A stretch of 64,000 bases of DNA, taken from assembly GCA_963677595.1 (NCBI GenBank), contig OY782041.1, positions 4,064,001 through 4,128,000 of the forward strand. The letters run 5' to 3'. Positions within the stretch are counted from its first letter, which is position 1; each line of letters opens with the position of its first letter. Positions 9,731 through 19,932 of this stretch are shown piece after piece. The notes beneath the pieces are model-generated. The model searched no databases, had not been told where the DNA came from, and worked only from the letters and a program-made list of their open reading frames with translations. The translations under genes and the position numbers were made by a program. This DNA comes from Spirochaetia bacterium (GTDB taxonomy: Bacteria; Spirochaetota; Spirochaetia; CAKZLE01).

Positions 9731-10192
9731 TTACAGCAGTACGGCACCGGGGAAGAGGAAATGGAAGAACGCTATGCCCATGATGACATAGCCGATGATC
9801 TTCTTGTTCTTGTAGTAGAACCCCTCCGCCTTGTCCACGATCTCCGACTCGAGGAATGCCTGGTCATCATCGAAGAGTTCCTCATCATCACCACTCTTCA
9901 CCTCTTTCCCAAGACTCTGCATCTCGAATCCGTAGAATACGGCAACCGCAAGTAGTGCGATCGCGGGGAAGAAGTCCCCGAGGACCACCGGGCCCGGGTC
10001 GATGGGACTGATCATCTTCAGGATGCCCGAGGCAGCCGTGAGGACGAGCAGGACGATCGCATTGGTCTGGTTGCTGAAGATGAGGTTGCGTAGCCGCTCG
10101 ATAGTGGGGAACCGCTCCCCATGCTCCTCGACCAGCAGGATCATAGCCCCGATGATCAGGAACAGTATTGTCAAGAAATAGAATTGAACCAT
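9731..10192 (-). CDS. Hypothetical membrane protein (about 4 TM segments)
   Basis: Four hydrophobic segments; SD GGAG upstream. Confidence 0.75.
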   Translation of the reverse strand: MVQFYFLTILFLIIGAMILLVEEHGERFPTIERLRNLIFSNQTNAIVLLVLTAASGILKMISPIDPGPVVLGDFFPAIALLAVAVFYGFEMQSLGKEVKSGDDEELFDDDQAFLESEIVDKAEGFYYKNKKIIGYVIMGIAFFHFLFPGAVLL

Positions 10193-10259
10193 TTGTTACT
10201 CCATATACTATAGAATCAGCTTAATCGAAAGGACTTCCCGGGTCAAGAGAATCATGGTT

Positions 10260-11747
10260 TTACGATCTCTTTTCGACCCGCTCCACTTCCTTCCCGATGT
10301 ATGCCAGCAACTCCTCCGAGATGAACGTCCCCCTGTCCTCACAGCAGGCGTTCCCTGCCGCCTGGTGGATCGTATTCCCAACAATCGCAGCCTCGAAGGG
10401 AGATTCTGCCCGCAGCACCATCGCGGAGACGATCCCGGATAGGACGTCGCCGGAACCGGCAGTCCCCATCTTCGGGTTCATCCCCTCTATGACGGCTATC
10501 GAGCCGTCGGGACCTGCGATGTAGTTGATGAACGACTTATAGAGGATCACGGCCCCGCGCTCGTTCGATACGCGTTGCAGCTCCCCATAGAGGTCACCAC
10601 TCTCCTCACCGGCAAGGGCACAGAATTCCCCGGGATGGGGAGTGAGGATCATCCCGCCTGAAGTTTTTCCTGTTTCCAGGCCTGCGAACAGCCTGATCGC
10701 GTCTGCATCGAGCACCACCGGGGTATCGCAGCGGAGGATCTCTCCCAGCTGCAGGGAGCGGTACTCACCGGTACCCCAGCCTGGTCCTGCAAGGATGGCA
10801 TCAAAACGGCTGAGCTCCCCCGCAGGGATGAGATCCCCCTCCTCTACCGGCTTCACGATCACCGAAGAGAGCTTCCCTGCCAGGATCGGGTAGATGTCCC
10901 GGTCGCAGAAGAGGGTCACCAGTCCCGCCCCTGCTCGCAGGGCTGCCTCTGACGCCAGGGCTGCAGCCCCGGTATAGCCTGCTGATCCCGCGAAGACGGC
11001 GATATGTCCCTTCCGGTTCTTATAGGCATCGGCTGGCAGTTCGGAAAGCATCGCCTCCTCGCCGAAGATGAGGTCCACCCCTGTATGGTACTCCTCGAGG
11101 AGTCCGGCCGGGAAGCCGGGATTGATGGTGATGATCTCCCCGCAGTGCATCCGCATCGCAGGCAGGTAGAAGAGCTGCTTGTTAAGCCCGAAGGTGACCG
11201 TCAGGTCAGCATTGAGGATGACGGAGCCCTCCTGCGCATAGTCGCCCATCCCGCTCGGTATATCGATCGCGACCATCGTGAGGTAATCGATCGAATTGAG
11301 ATACTCGATGATCTCAGTGGCCGCACCTTTCCGCAGGGGGCCCTGCAGCCCAGTGCCGGTGATTCCGTCGAACACGGTCTCGGAGCCGTTGATGAGATCC
11401 CTCCAGTCATCGTCCTCCCATGTGTATACCGGGAGCCCGAGCCTGCGGCAGATAGCCAGCTGCAGGGCAGCTGCCTCGCCGAGTTCTTCCTTGACGAGGA
11501 GGATCGAGACATCGATGAACCCCTGCATCGAGGCTTCCCTCGCCATGACCAGGGCATCCCCGCCGTTGTTGCCGCTCCCGGCAATGAAGAGGAGCGGTGT
11601 CTCAGGGTCTGTCTGTTCGAGCAGCTCCATGGCTGCATGGAACCCCTTGACCCCTGCCTGCTCCATCAGGACCAGCCCGGGGATGGCATACTCCTCCTGG
11701 GCCCGTCTGTCGATCTCCTGCATCTGCTGCGATGTTACCAGATTCAT
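10260..11747 (-). CDS. nnr: Bifunctional NAD(P)HX epimerase/dehydratase
   Basis: LMEQAG, GSGNNGGD, IDIPSG, GAGLV, LDADA, LTPHPGEF, GTAGSGDVLSG. Confidence 0.93.
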   Translation of the reverse strand: MNLVTSQQMQEIDRRAQEEYAIPGLVLMEQAGVKGFHAAMELLEQTDPETPLLFIAGSGNNGGDALVMAREASMQGFIDVSILLVKEELGEAAALQLAICRRLGLPVYTWEDDDWRDLINGSETVFDGITGTGLQGPLRKGAATEIIEYLNSIDYLTMVAIDIPSGMGDYAQEGSVILNADLTVTFGLNKQLFYLPAMRMHCGEIITINPGFPAGLLEEYHTGVDLIFGEEAMLSELPADAYKNRKGHIAVFAGSAGYTGAAALASEAALRAGAGLVTLFCDRDIYPILAGKLSSVIVKPVEEGDLIPAGELSRFDAILAGPGWGTGEYRSLQLGEILRCDTPVVLDADAIRLFAGLETGKTSGGMILTPHPGEFCALAGEESGDLYGELQRVSNERGAVILYKSFINYIAGPDGSIAVIEGMNPKMGTAGSGDVLSGIVSAMVLRAESPFEAAIVGNTIHQAAGNACCEDRGTFISEELLAYIGKEVERVEKRS

Positions 11748-12056
11748 AGTTACCCTCTCATCTCAAATACCCGTATCAGGTTAAAAGGTTACATGCTGTT
11801 GTATAGATCCCTCTGCATGGATACCCAGACCCGGTGGAGGACCTGCAACATGTTATAACCATAGCATGAAACTGTATTTCTTTCACGTACCCCGTTGGAT
11901 CACGACACGTACTTCTCCACAGAATGCCAGGGCAATCGCGTAAAAAGTAAACAAGGCCAATAAGCCCAGGATTTGAAGATTTCAGATTCTGGGCATTCTT
12001 ATCTGGATTAAAGTATATGGTTGTGCTACCATATACCTACGTGAAGGAGGCAACTC

Positions 12057-12629
12057 ATGGGAAGGTTTCCAGCATGGGCGGAGCGCCAGAAAAGAAAAGG
12101 GACGGTGATCAAGTCAGATGGCAAAGGTCACTACTCACTGTACAAGAACTCGTCGAAGCGAGTCCCGGGGAAGAAGAACCCGCAGCCTGTCCAGACGTAT
12201 ATCGGAGCCATCACCCCAGACGGGGTGATGGAGCGATTCGACATCAACAGACAGTCCAGCGGCATCAGGATATGGGAATACGGATTCTCGTATGCCCTGC
12301 AGGCGCTTGCCCCGCCCTCGTTCCTGAAGGATCTTGGATCAAAGGACCGGGCGATCTTAGTTCTGGGGTGCCTCATCGTTTCGGAATCGGATGAATCATA
12401 CTTGTACCGGAGCAGGAGCTCATGGTGTGACGGGTGTGACGGCACCTGCATCTCGCTCCAAAAGAAGAAGCTGGAACGGCTTATGGGGTTCCCCTTCGAG
12501 TATCTTGCACCGCTGAAGATGATACGACTTGCCGAGATTGGTGGCCAGTTGGTCATGACAGAGATAGGAGAGCTGCAGAAGCGAATCCTAGAAGAAACAG
12601 GAGTAGAACTGCCATGGGACATTCAGTAA
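12057..12629 (+). CDS. IS-borne accessory ORF (190 aa) resembling the N- and C-terminal ends of IS1634/ISH3-like transposases, without a DDE core
   Basis: SD AAGGAGG; inside the IRs; overlaps the transposase start; FPAWAE..KGT..YSLYK..S.RVPGKK.P...YIGAIT..G...EYG. Confidence 0.7.
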   Translation: MGRFPAWAERQKRKGTVIKSDGKGHYSLYKNSSKRVPGKKNPQPVQTYIGAITPDGVMERFDINRQSSGIRIWEYGFSYALQALAPPSFLKDLGSKDRAILVLGCLIVSESDESYLYRSRSSWCDGCDGTCISLQKKKLERLMGFPFEYLAPLKMIRLAEIGGQLVMTEIGELQKRILEETGVELPWDIQ

Positions 12630-13852
12630 AGAAACAACGAAGAGACGAGAGACAGCGAGCTGTTGAGGCATGGAGGATCAGCCTGCGGGAGGCCTTCTCC
12701 CGCATTCCCGACCCACGTGACGTGCGGGGTAAGCGGTACCGGCTTGATGACATTCTCATCCTGGCGACCTACGGGACCCTCTGGGGATTCACAGATTTCG
12801 TGAATATGTGTGCGGAGCTGGAATACCACCTGAACTATTTCCGGCAGTTGCTTGGGGTTGAGCGGATACCGTCACATGACTGTTTCTCGGCAACCTTCGC
12901 AGCGATAGACTCTGAACAGTTTATGACCTGTTTCATGGAATGGCTGTCCCAGATTCTGAGCTCGAGGGGCAAACACATCGCCATAGACGGCAAAGCCGTC
13001 AGAGCGGCCTGTGAGAAAGCCCACTCGAGCTACGTGCCGTACATCCTGAATGCTTTCCTGGTGGAGGAAGGCGTGCTGTTCAGCCAGATGCAGATCGATG
13101 CGAAGAAGAATGAGATTTCGACGATCCCGGAGTTCCTCGACTGGCTCGACCTCAATGATTCGATCGTTACTATCGATGCGATAGGGGCCCAGTACGAGAT
13201 TGCCGATAAGATCGTGGCCAAAGGCGGGGTGTATGTCCTGCCGGTGAAGCTGAACCAGCCGTCACTGCAGCAGGACATCAAAGAGTACCTGGAGAATTAT
13301 GGAGAGCCGGATTTCGATGACATCTCCTACCTGGAGACCGTCGACAAGGACCACGGGAGGATCGAAACCAGGAAATGCTACTACTCGGAGGATGTGTCCT
13401 GCCTCGAGTTCCAAGAGCACTGGGGCACGGTCAAGGCGATCGGTATGCTGGAACGACAGCGGATCGTGCTCAAGGATGCAGTCGATAAGAAAACCGGTGA
13501 GATCGTGAACGCCGATGAGGTGTCAGAGGAGCTGGTATGCTACATCATGAGCGCACCGCTTGGTGCTGAACAGTTCATGCACATCGCACGCGATCATTGG
13601 AAGATCGAGTTGTTCCATTTCTCTCTTGATACGTCCTACCTTGAGGATCGGTGCACCGCCAGGAAGGGGAATGCCATGCAGAACCTCTCCCTGCTGAGGA
13701 AGCTCGTGATGAACCTGACCAAGCTTGATGACGACCCAAAGATGGTGAAAAGCTCTCAGAAAGGCCGGCAGATCCATTACCGTCACAGCTATGCGTCCTG
13801 TGAGAAGCTGCTGTTCGGAATCCTCCCAAGAAGGTACCAGGATCTCTTGTAG
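12614..13852 (+). CDS. ISAs1-family DDE transposase
   Basis: IPDPR..RGKRY, IPSHD, IAIDGK, KKNEI, TIDAIG, VKLNQ, HGRIETR, HWKIE..H..LD...ED. Confidence 0.95.
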   Translation: MGHSVKKQRRDERQRAVEAWRISLREAFSRIPDPRDVRGKRYRLDDILILATYGTLWGFTDFVNMCAELEYHLNYFRQLLGVERIPSHDCFSATFAAIDSEQFMTCFMEWLSQILSSRGKHIAIDGKAVRAACEKAHSSYVPYILNAFLVEEGVLFSQMQIDAKKNEISTIPEFLDWLDLNDSIVTIDAIGAQYEIADKIVAKGGVYVLPVKLNQPSLQQDIKEYLENYGEPDFDDISYLETVDKDHGRIETRKCYYSEDVSCLEFQEHWGTVKAIGMLERQRIVLKDAVDKKTGEIVNADEVSEELVCYIMSAPLGAEQFMHIARDHWKIELFHFSLDTSYLEDRCTARKGNAMQNLSLLRKLVMNLTKLDDDPKMVKSSQKGRQIHYRHSYASCEKLLFGILPRRYQDLL

Positions 13853-14214
13853 CGCTGTAGCCTGAACTTCACAACGTACGGCCAGACCCGGTTCTGCTAT
13901 GGAGCAGTTCCGGGTACCTGCGTCCGCCCAGCCCTGGATAACTCGGAGATCCTGGCAACAAGCTGAGGCATGAGGGGTCGCAATCGCAGCTACGACCTCT
14001 ATAAAGCCTATTTTGTCAATACCTTCACGCAATCCCTTTTAAGCGATTGCCTTGACAGAATGCCTCCTCCCATAGCGTACGGCATCACCGTTCTGAACCA
14101 AGGTAGAAGCTGCTGATTCCCGGTGCAACAATCCCTGCATTATATGGTATACTGAGCGCAGGTAATTTATTATATTATCACTGTACGTATAAATCTTCGA
14201 CAAGGATTCCAATC

Positions 14215-16938
14215 ATGGCCAAGAACATATTGAAAGCACTTTTCGGGACGAAGCAGGAGCACGACATGAAGCACCTCCTCCCGATCCTCCATACCATAAA
14301 CAGCAGGGAGAGTTGGGCAGTGGCTCTTCCCCAGCAGGATTTCCCCCTCCAGACGCAGAAACTCAAGGAACGGATCGCCCAGGGGGAGAGTCTCGAGGAA
14401 CTACTCCCTGATGCCTTCGCCCTCGTGCGAGAGGCAGCCAAGCGGGTCCTCGGGGAGCGGCTCTACGATGTCCAGATGCTCGGGGCGATCGTGCTCCACC
14501 AGGGAAAGATCATGGAGATGAAGACCGGTGAGGGGAAGACCCTCTCCTGCGTCCCCGCAGCTTACCTCAATGCGCTCAAGGGTGAGGGTGTGCACATCAT
14601 CACCGTCAATGACTACCTCGCCGAACGTGATGCCGACTGGATGAGGCCGATCTACACCTATCTCGGCCTCACAGTCGGGACGATCCTCTCCAATATGGAC
14701 AACGAGGTACGGCGGCAGTCCTACGGCTGCGACGTTACCTATGGGACGAACAACGAGTTCGGCTTCGATTACCTCAGGGACAACATGAAGTGGGATGCTA
14801 CACAGAAGATACAGCCGAAGCACTCCTACTGCATCATCGATGAGATCGACTCGATCCTCATAGATGAGGCGAGGACGCCGCTGATCATCTCCGGGCAGGC
14901 TGATGATGACACGAAGAAGTTCTTTGACGTGAACAGGATCGTCGACAGCCTCAAGGAGTGTGCGAAAGACCCCGAGACCGGTGATTACCCCGAAGAACCT
15001 GTCGGGGACTACCAGGTCGATGAGAAGGGAAAACGGGTCACCTTCACCAACGAGGGGATGAACTCGATCGAGGCACAGCTGCAGAAACGATCCATCATCA
15101 CCGGCTCACTCTTCAACGACGAGAACTTCGAGTATATCCACTACGTGACGCAGGCGGTGAAAGCACATACCCTCTTCAACATCGATGTCGATTATGTGGT
15201 CAAGGAGGGTCTCGTACAGATCGTCGATGAGTTCACCGGCCGTATCCTCTACGGACGCCGGTACTCTGATGGGCTGCACCAGGCGATCGAGGCGAAGGAA
15301 GGGATCAAGATCGCCAAGAGGAACCGGACGCTTGCCACGATCACCTACCAGAACTTCTTCAGGATGTACGGCAAGCTCTCGGGCATGACCGGTACCGCAG
15401 ACACCGAGGCAACCGAGTTCCAGAAGATCTACGGGCTCGAGGTCGTCGTCATACCGACGAACAGGCCCGTCGCGAGGAAGGATGAGCATGACCTCATCTA
15501 CTACAACGAGGCCTTCAAGTACCAGGCGATCTGTGATGAGATCGCCGAGAACAACCGGCGGGGACAGCCGATCCTCGTGGGAACGGTGTCGATCGAGAAG
15601 TCGGAGCTGCTTTCTGCTTTCCTGACGAAGCGCGGGATACGCCATGAGGTCCTCAACGCGAAGAACCATGCACGGGAGGCCCTGATCATCGCCGAAGCCG
15701 GGGCTAAGGGTTCGGTGACCATCGCGACCAACATGGCTGGTCGAGGTACCGATATCAAGCTCGGGGGGAACCCCGACTACCGGGCACGGAAGCGCTGCGG
15801 CACGGACGCGAGCGATGAGGAGTACCGCAAGGCCTACGACCTTGAGTACGGGAAGTGGAGAAAGGACTACCAGGAGGTCAAGGACCTCGGCGGGCTCTAT
15901 ATCATCGGGACCGAGCGGCACGAGTCGCGACGGATCGACAACCAGCTGCGCGGCCGTTCCGGCCGGCAGGGAGACCCGGGACGTTCCAGGTTCTACCTCT
16001 CGCTCGAGGATTCCCTCATGCGGCTCTTCGCGCGTGACAACGTCAAGGCGCTCATGGGCAGGATCGGCATGGCGAACGGGGAACCCATCTACCACTCCAT
16101 GATCACCAATTCCATCGAGAAGGCCCAGTCCAAGGTCGAGGAGCGCAACTTCGACATACGAAAGCACCTGCTCGACTATGACGATGTCCTCAACGAGCAG
16201 AGGAACTTCATCTACGGCCAGCGGGATGCCATCCTCTCCGATGATGACCTTGAGAAACGTGTCCTCTCAGCCTCGAAAGAGATCCTCGGGGACATCATGG
16301 AACAGGTGCTCGGCAGCACCAAGGACCCGGAAGCCGCCGTTCACCACCTTGAATCATTGGTTAGTGAGAATTTCCGCTTCAAGCCGGTAGTAGAGAGTAC
16401 CCACCTGAACACGAAGCATGCCGACCAGTTCGTCGACCAGATAACCGAACAGATGCAGGGCCCCTTCGAGGAGAAGATCGCCAAGATCGGGGCTGAGCGG
16501 TTCAACACCTTCCTCAGGTATGAGTACCTCAAGCAGATCGACACGAAGTGGCAGGATCACCTCGAGCAGCTCGAAGCCCTCAGGGAAGCGGTCTACCTTC
16601 GCTCCTACGCACAGAAGAACCCGCTGCTCGAGTACAAGCTCGAGGGCTTCGATATCTTCGATTCCATGCTCATCGAGATCAAGCACACCATCGCGAAGAT
16701 GGCCTTGAGGATACAGATCCAGGAGAAGACGACAGTAGGCAAGCGGGCCCCCCAGCAGAGGACTTCCGAGGTGCACCAGGATGTGATGCAGTTCGCACAG
16801 CAGCAGGCACAGAACAAGCAGGCTGGAGCCCCCGATGCGGCGACCGTGAAGCGGACCTACCCCAAGGTGGGAAGGAACGATCCCTGTCCCTGCGGGAGCG
16901 GCAAGAAGTACAAGCACTGCCACGGACGGGATGCCTGA
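14215..16938 (+). CDS. secA: Preprotein translocase ATPase SecA
   Basis: [50 protein letters not shown]-terminal [14 protein letters not shown]. Confidence 0.99.
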   Translation: MAKNILKALFGTKQEHDMKHLLPILHTINSRESWAVALPQQDFPLQTQKLKERIAQGESLEELLPDAFALVREAAKRVLGERLYDVQMLGAIVLHQGKIMEMKTGEGKTLSCVPAAYLNALKGEGVHIITVNDYLAERDADWMRPIYTYLGLTVGTILSNMDNEVRRQSYGCDVTYGTNNEFGFDYLRDNMKWDATQKIQPKHSYCIIDEIDSILIDEARTPLIISGQADDDTKKFFDVNRIVDSLKECAKDPETGDYPEEPVGDYQVDEKGKRVTFTNEGMNSIEAQLQKRSIITGSLFNDENFEYIHYVTQAVKAHTLFNIDVDYVVKEGLVQIVDEFTGRILYGRRYSDGLHQAIEAKEGIKIAKRNRTLATITYQNFFRMYGKLSGMTGTADTEATEFQKIYGLEVVVIPTNRPVARKDEHDLIYYNEAFKYQAICDEIAENNRRGQPILVGTVSIEKSELLSAFLTKRGIRHEVLNAKNHAREALIIAEAGAKGSVTIATNMAGRGTDIKLGGNPDYRARKRCGTDASDEEYRKAYDLEYGKWRKDYQEVKDLGGLYIIGTERHESRRIDNQLRGRSGRQGDPGRSRFYLSLEDSLMRLFARDNVKALMGRIGMANGEPIYHSMITNSIEKAQSKVEERNFDIRKHLLDYDDVLNEQRNFIYGQRDAILSDDDLEKRVLSASKEILGDIMEQVLGSTKDPEAAVHHLESLVSENFRFKPVVESTHLNTKHADQFVDQITEQMQGPFEEKIAKIGAERFNTFLRYEYLKQIDTKWQDHLEQLEALREAVYLRSYAQKNPLLEYKLEGFDIFDSMLIEIKHTIAKMALRIQIQEKTTVGKRAPQQRTSEVHQDVMQFAQQQAQNKQAGAPDAATVKRTYPKVGRNDPCPCGSGKKYKHCHGRDA

Positions 16939-16950
16939 CAGACGGTCACT

Positions 16951-16974
16951 GGACAGGGATAGGTATCCCTGTCC
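16951..16974. terminator. Hairpin between convergent secA and LysM gene
   Basis: GGACAGGGATA/TATCCCTGTCC inverted repeat; no clear T-tract. Confidence 0.5.
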
Positions 16975-17028
16975 TATAGGTCTGAGATTGGTCTGATCGA
17001 CTTAAACGTGTTTGAAGAAATCTGATCC

Positions 17029-18204
17029 CTAGAAGAACTCTTCCGGGTCGATGGCGACCCCGTCCTTGGTGATCTTGAAGAAGAGCATCGGGGTGAGGAT
17101 CCTCCCGGTATTGCCCATCGTCCCGATCCTATCCCCCTGTTCCACGGAGTTGCCTACCTCGACGTAGAGCCTGTCGAGATGGCCGTAAGTAGTCTGGTAG
17201 CCGTTGTCATGGTCGATGACGATATACCTGCCGAGATCTCCCTGGTTGTTCTCCACGGCGATGACGGTGCCGGTATTGGCGGCATCCACCCGGGTGCCGA
17301 GTTCATCCTCGATATACACCCCGTCAACCCTCTTGATCTCGCCGGTGATGATATCCTCCATGGAGGAGGCGAACCCGTAGGTTATCCTTCCTTCAGCAGG
17401 CCGGGTGAAGAGCGTGTTCATGACGATCTGGTAGTCTTCCCTGCTGATGACCCGGTTCGGGATGAAGAGCCTCTCCCCGATCCTGATCAACGAGGACTTG
17501 AGTCCGTTCACGTCCGCTAAGGTCACATACCCCATACCGTAGCTGTAGGCGATGACCGAGAGGCTGTCCCCAGCCTTGACGGTATACATCTGCCCGTCGC
17601 GATCCGGGATGCTAAGGCTCATGCCCACCTTGATGTCATTCACGTCCGAGATGCTGTTGACACTGATCACAGTCTCCGGGAGGAGGCCGTAGGAGGCAGC
17701 GATACGGTTGACCGTATCACCGGCCTTGACGGTATAGGACGTATAGGAGACCGGTGTGTTCGAGATCTCACCGGCTTCTTCGTAGGCAGGGCCCTCCGGT
17801 TTCGGAACTGTATCTTCGACCGGCTCCCCTGCCTCCTCGGCAGGCTCATCAGCCGGTTCCTCCGCAGGAGCTACCGGTACAGGGGCCTCTTCCGAAGGTG
17901 CGGGGGTATCGACCGGTTCGGTGACATCAGGTTCTGCTGCAGGGACGGCCTCCGGGACCTGGATGATCTCCCCGAGGGCATCCTCCACGGCCTCGTCATC
18001 CGCGATGACGATCGAATCCAGTTTCTCAGCGGCGCCTTTCTCAGCAGTGTTGTCGCTGCGGATCAGCAGGACGATGGCGCCGACAGCCAGGAGGATCAGG
18101 ATGATGATGACAGTCGTGATGATGTTCTTGATCGTCCTGAACCTGCGGTCCTCTTCCCGCGCCTTCGGATCTGAGGACATATCGTCATATGATTGATGGG
18201 CCAT
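17029..18204 (-). CDS. Membrane-anchored 2xLysM + degenerate M23 (LytM) domain protein, NlpD-like
   Basis: N-terminal TM, Pro/Glu/Ala linker, YTVKAGDT and YTVKAGDS LysM repeats, TYGHL...G.MGNTG M23 fold lacking Zn ligands. Confidence 0.85.
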   Translation of the reverse strand: MAHQSYDDMSSDPKAREEDRRFRTIKNIITTVIIILILLAVGAIVLLIRSDNTAEKGAAEKLDSIVIADDEAVEDALGEIIQVPEAVPAAEPDVTEPVDTPAPSEEAPVPVAPAEEPADEPAEEAGEPVEDTVPKPEGPAYEEAGEISNTPVSYTSYTVKAGDTVNRIAASYGLLPETVISVNSISDVNDIKVGMSLSIPDRDGQMYTVKAGDSLSVIAYSYGMGYVTLADVNGLKSSLIRIGERLFIPNRVISREDYQIVMNTLFTRPAEGRITYGFASSMEDIITGEIKRVDGVYIEDELGTRVDAANTGTVIAVENNQGDLGRYIVIDHDNGYQTTYGHLDRLYVEVGNSVEQGDRIGTMGNTGRILTPMLFFKITKDGVAIDPEEFF

Positions 18205-18258
18205 AACCTGTTACCTACTATCGACAATTCTTACTAATCATATTAATATATTTTCACA

Positions 18259-19932
18259 ATGGATTCCAGAGGAAAAAAACTGTTTTACTATTTGCTCGTC
18301 TCTCTGACAGTCATTGTGACAGGCGTCATGATCGTCCATTATGCGGTGATCATGTTCCCTTCCGACACCAGGGAATACCATGAGCCCCTCGTCTCGAGCC
18401 GCGTCCAGCGGGGTACGATCTATGACCGCAACGGTACCATCCTCGCCTATGAGACCCCCTACTACTCCTGCGCCGTCCTCATCCGGGAGATCGACTCGAT
18501 CTCAGAGACCGCCGATGACCTCTCGCTCCTGCTCTCCATGGACCGACAGGATATCTTCGACAAGCTTGATGCGAGCACGACCTATGCACTGGTCAAGAAA
18601 CGTCTTGACGACGCCGAATATAAGCAGCTGCGGAGCGCGATCGACAGCGGGGACCTGCCCGGCGTTACCTTGGAGAAGCGGTACGGCAGAGTCTACCCGC
18701 AGCTTCAGCACGGAGCCCATGTCATCGGGTTCACCAATATCGACAATGTCGGCCTCGCCGGGGTCGAGTATACCTTCGACAGGCTGCTCTCCCCCCTGCC
18801 AGACCCCTCGAAGGACATCACCTACGGGGATGACATCTATGTGACCCTGGACCACAGGATCCAGTACTCAGCAGACGTCCACTGCCGGGAGCTCGCCGAG
18901 GAGCATGACCCTGACAGCGCCACGGTCCTCGTCATGGATGCGAAGACCGGGGAACTCCTCGCATGGACCTCCTACCCCTGGTTCGACCTCAACGCCTACA
19001 ACACCGCCACTGCCGAGCAGCGGCTCAACCGCCCGATCAACTCGATGTATGAACCCGGCTCGGTCTTCAAGGTCTTCTCACTGGCCTCCATCCTCGCTGT
19101 CGGGGAAGCGAACACCAACGAGATCTTCCTCTGTGACGGTTCCTACACCTTCACGATGCCGAACGGCAAGTCAGCCACGATCAACTGCCTTGCCGAGCAT
19201 GGGGAGGTCGGGCCGCGGGAGATGCTCAAGTACTCCTGCAACGGGGCAGTCGCTTCCTGGTCCCTCCAGACCGATGACGATCTCTTCTATGAGTACCTGA
19301 ATGCCCTGGGGTTCAATGCGAAGACGGGAATACAGCTCCCCGGCGAGGCTTCAGGGATGATCCAGCCGGTCTCCAACTGGTCTGGCCGGTCGAAACCGAC
19401 GATCGCCTTCGGCCAGGAGCTCGGCACCACCGCCCTGCAGATCGCTGCTGCGGCAACGGCGCTCACGAACGCGGGGGAACTGCTGAAGCCGAGGATCATC
19501 CATGCAGTGTTCCACCAGGAGGACGGGACCTTCGAGTATCCGGGAAGGGAGGTCGTTCGTGAGGCCCTCCCTCCAGAAGTCGCTGCGAACGTGCTTGATA
19601 TGATGCAGGCTGGTACGGAACCGGGAGGGACAGCCGTGTTCGCGAAACGGGACGGCGTCGCTGTGTCAGCGAAGACGGGGACCGCCCAGCTGCTCGATAT
19701 CGAGACGCATACCTACTCGCCTGACCATGTCCTCGCATCGACGCTGGCTATATTACCGGCTGACGACCCGAAGTACATCATCTACGTCTCTGCAGACAAT
19801 CCCAAGGGGGGACAGTACTATGGGAGCCGCGTCGCGGCCCCTACGATCGAGAAGATCACCTCTGACCTGGTCTCCATGGGACTCCTCACGAGTGATGAGA
19901 GCGAGATCCTCTATCTTTCCGATGACCTCTGA
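18259..19932 (+). CDS. Class B penicillin-binding protein (FtsI/PBP2-like transpeptidase)
   Basis: N-terminal TM, RGTIYDRNG, R.YP, G.AG.E, EPGSVFK (SxxK), YSCN (SxN), KTGTAQ. Confidence 0.92.
   Translation: MDSRGKKLFYYLLVSLTVIVTGVMIVHYAVIMFPSDTREYHEPLVSSRVQRGTIYDRNGTILAYETPYYSCAVLIREIDSISETADDLSLLLSMDRQDIFDKLDASTTYALVKKRLDDAEYKQLRSAIDSGDLPGVTLEKRYGRVYPQLQHGAHVIGFTNIDNVGLAGVEYTFDRLLSPLPDPSKDITYGDDIYVTLDHRIQYSADVHCRELAEEHDPDSATVLVMDAKTGELLAWTSYPWFDLNAYNTATAEQRLNRPINSMYEPGSVFKVFSLASILAVGEANTNEIFLCDGSYTFTMPNGKSATINCLAEHGEVGPREMLKYSCNGAVASWSLQTDDDLFYEYLNALGFNAKTGIQLPGEASGMIQPVSNWSGRSKPTIAFGQELGTTALQIAAAATALTNAGELLKPRIIHAVFHQEDGTFEYPGREVVREALPPEVAANVLDMMQAGTEPGGTAVFAKRDGVAVSAKTGTAQLLDIETHTYSPDHVLASTLAILPADDPKYIIYVSADNPKGGQYYGSRVAAPTIEKITSDLVSMGLLTSDESEILYLSDDL

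Larger units (their letters stand above)
11928..14054 (+). mobile_element. ISAs1-family insertion sequence, 2127 bp, two ORFs
   Basis: IRL CAGGGCAATCGCGTAAAA at 11928; IRR reverse complement CAAGGCAATCGCTTAAAA ending at 14054; 9-bp target duplication ACAGAATGC at 11919-11927 and 14055-14063. Confidence 0.92.

Noticed and set aside
13523-14032. 169-aa minus-strand ORF at the IS right end
   Set aside because: Mostly antisense to the transposase, no recognisable domain and no clear SD
14052-14080. TTGACA created at the IRR/target junction, a possible hybrid promoter for secA
   Set aside because: No -10 at 16-18 nt, and secA has its own TGGTATACT element near 14145-14153
15106-16167. Long antisense ORFs (353 aa here; also 52022-53188, 26885-27799, 31126-32028, 21803-22672)
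   Set aside because: Shadows of GC3-rich real genes on the opposite strand, with no motifs or SD
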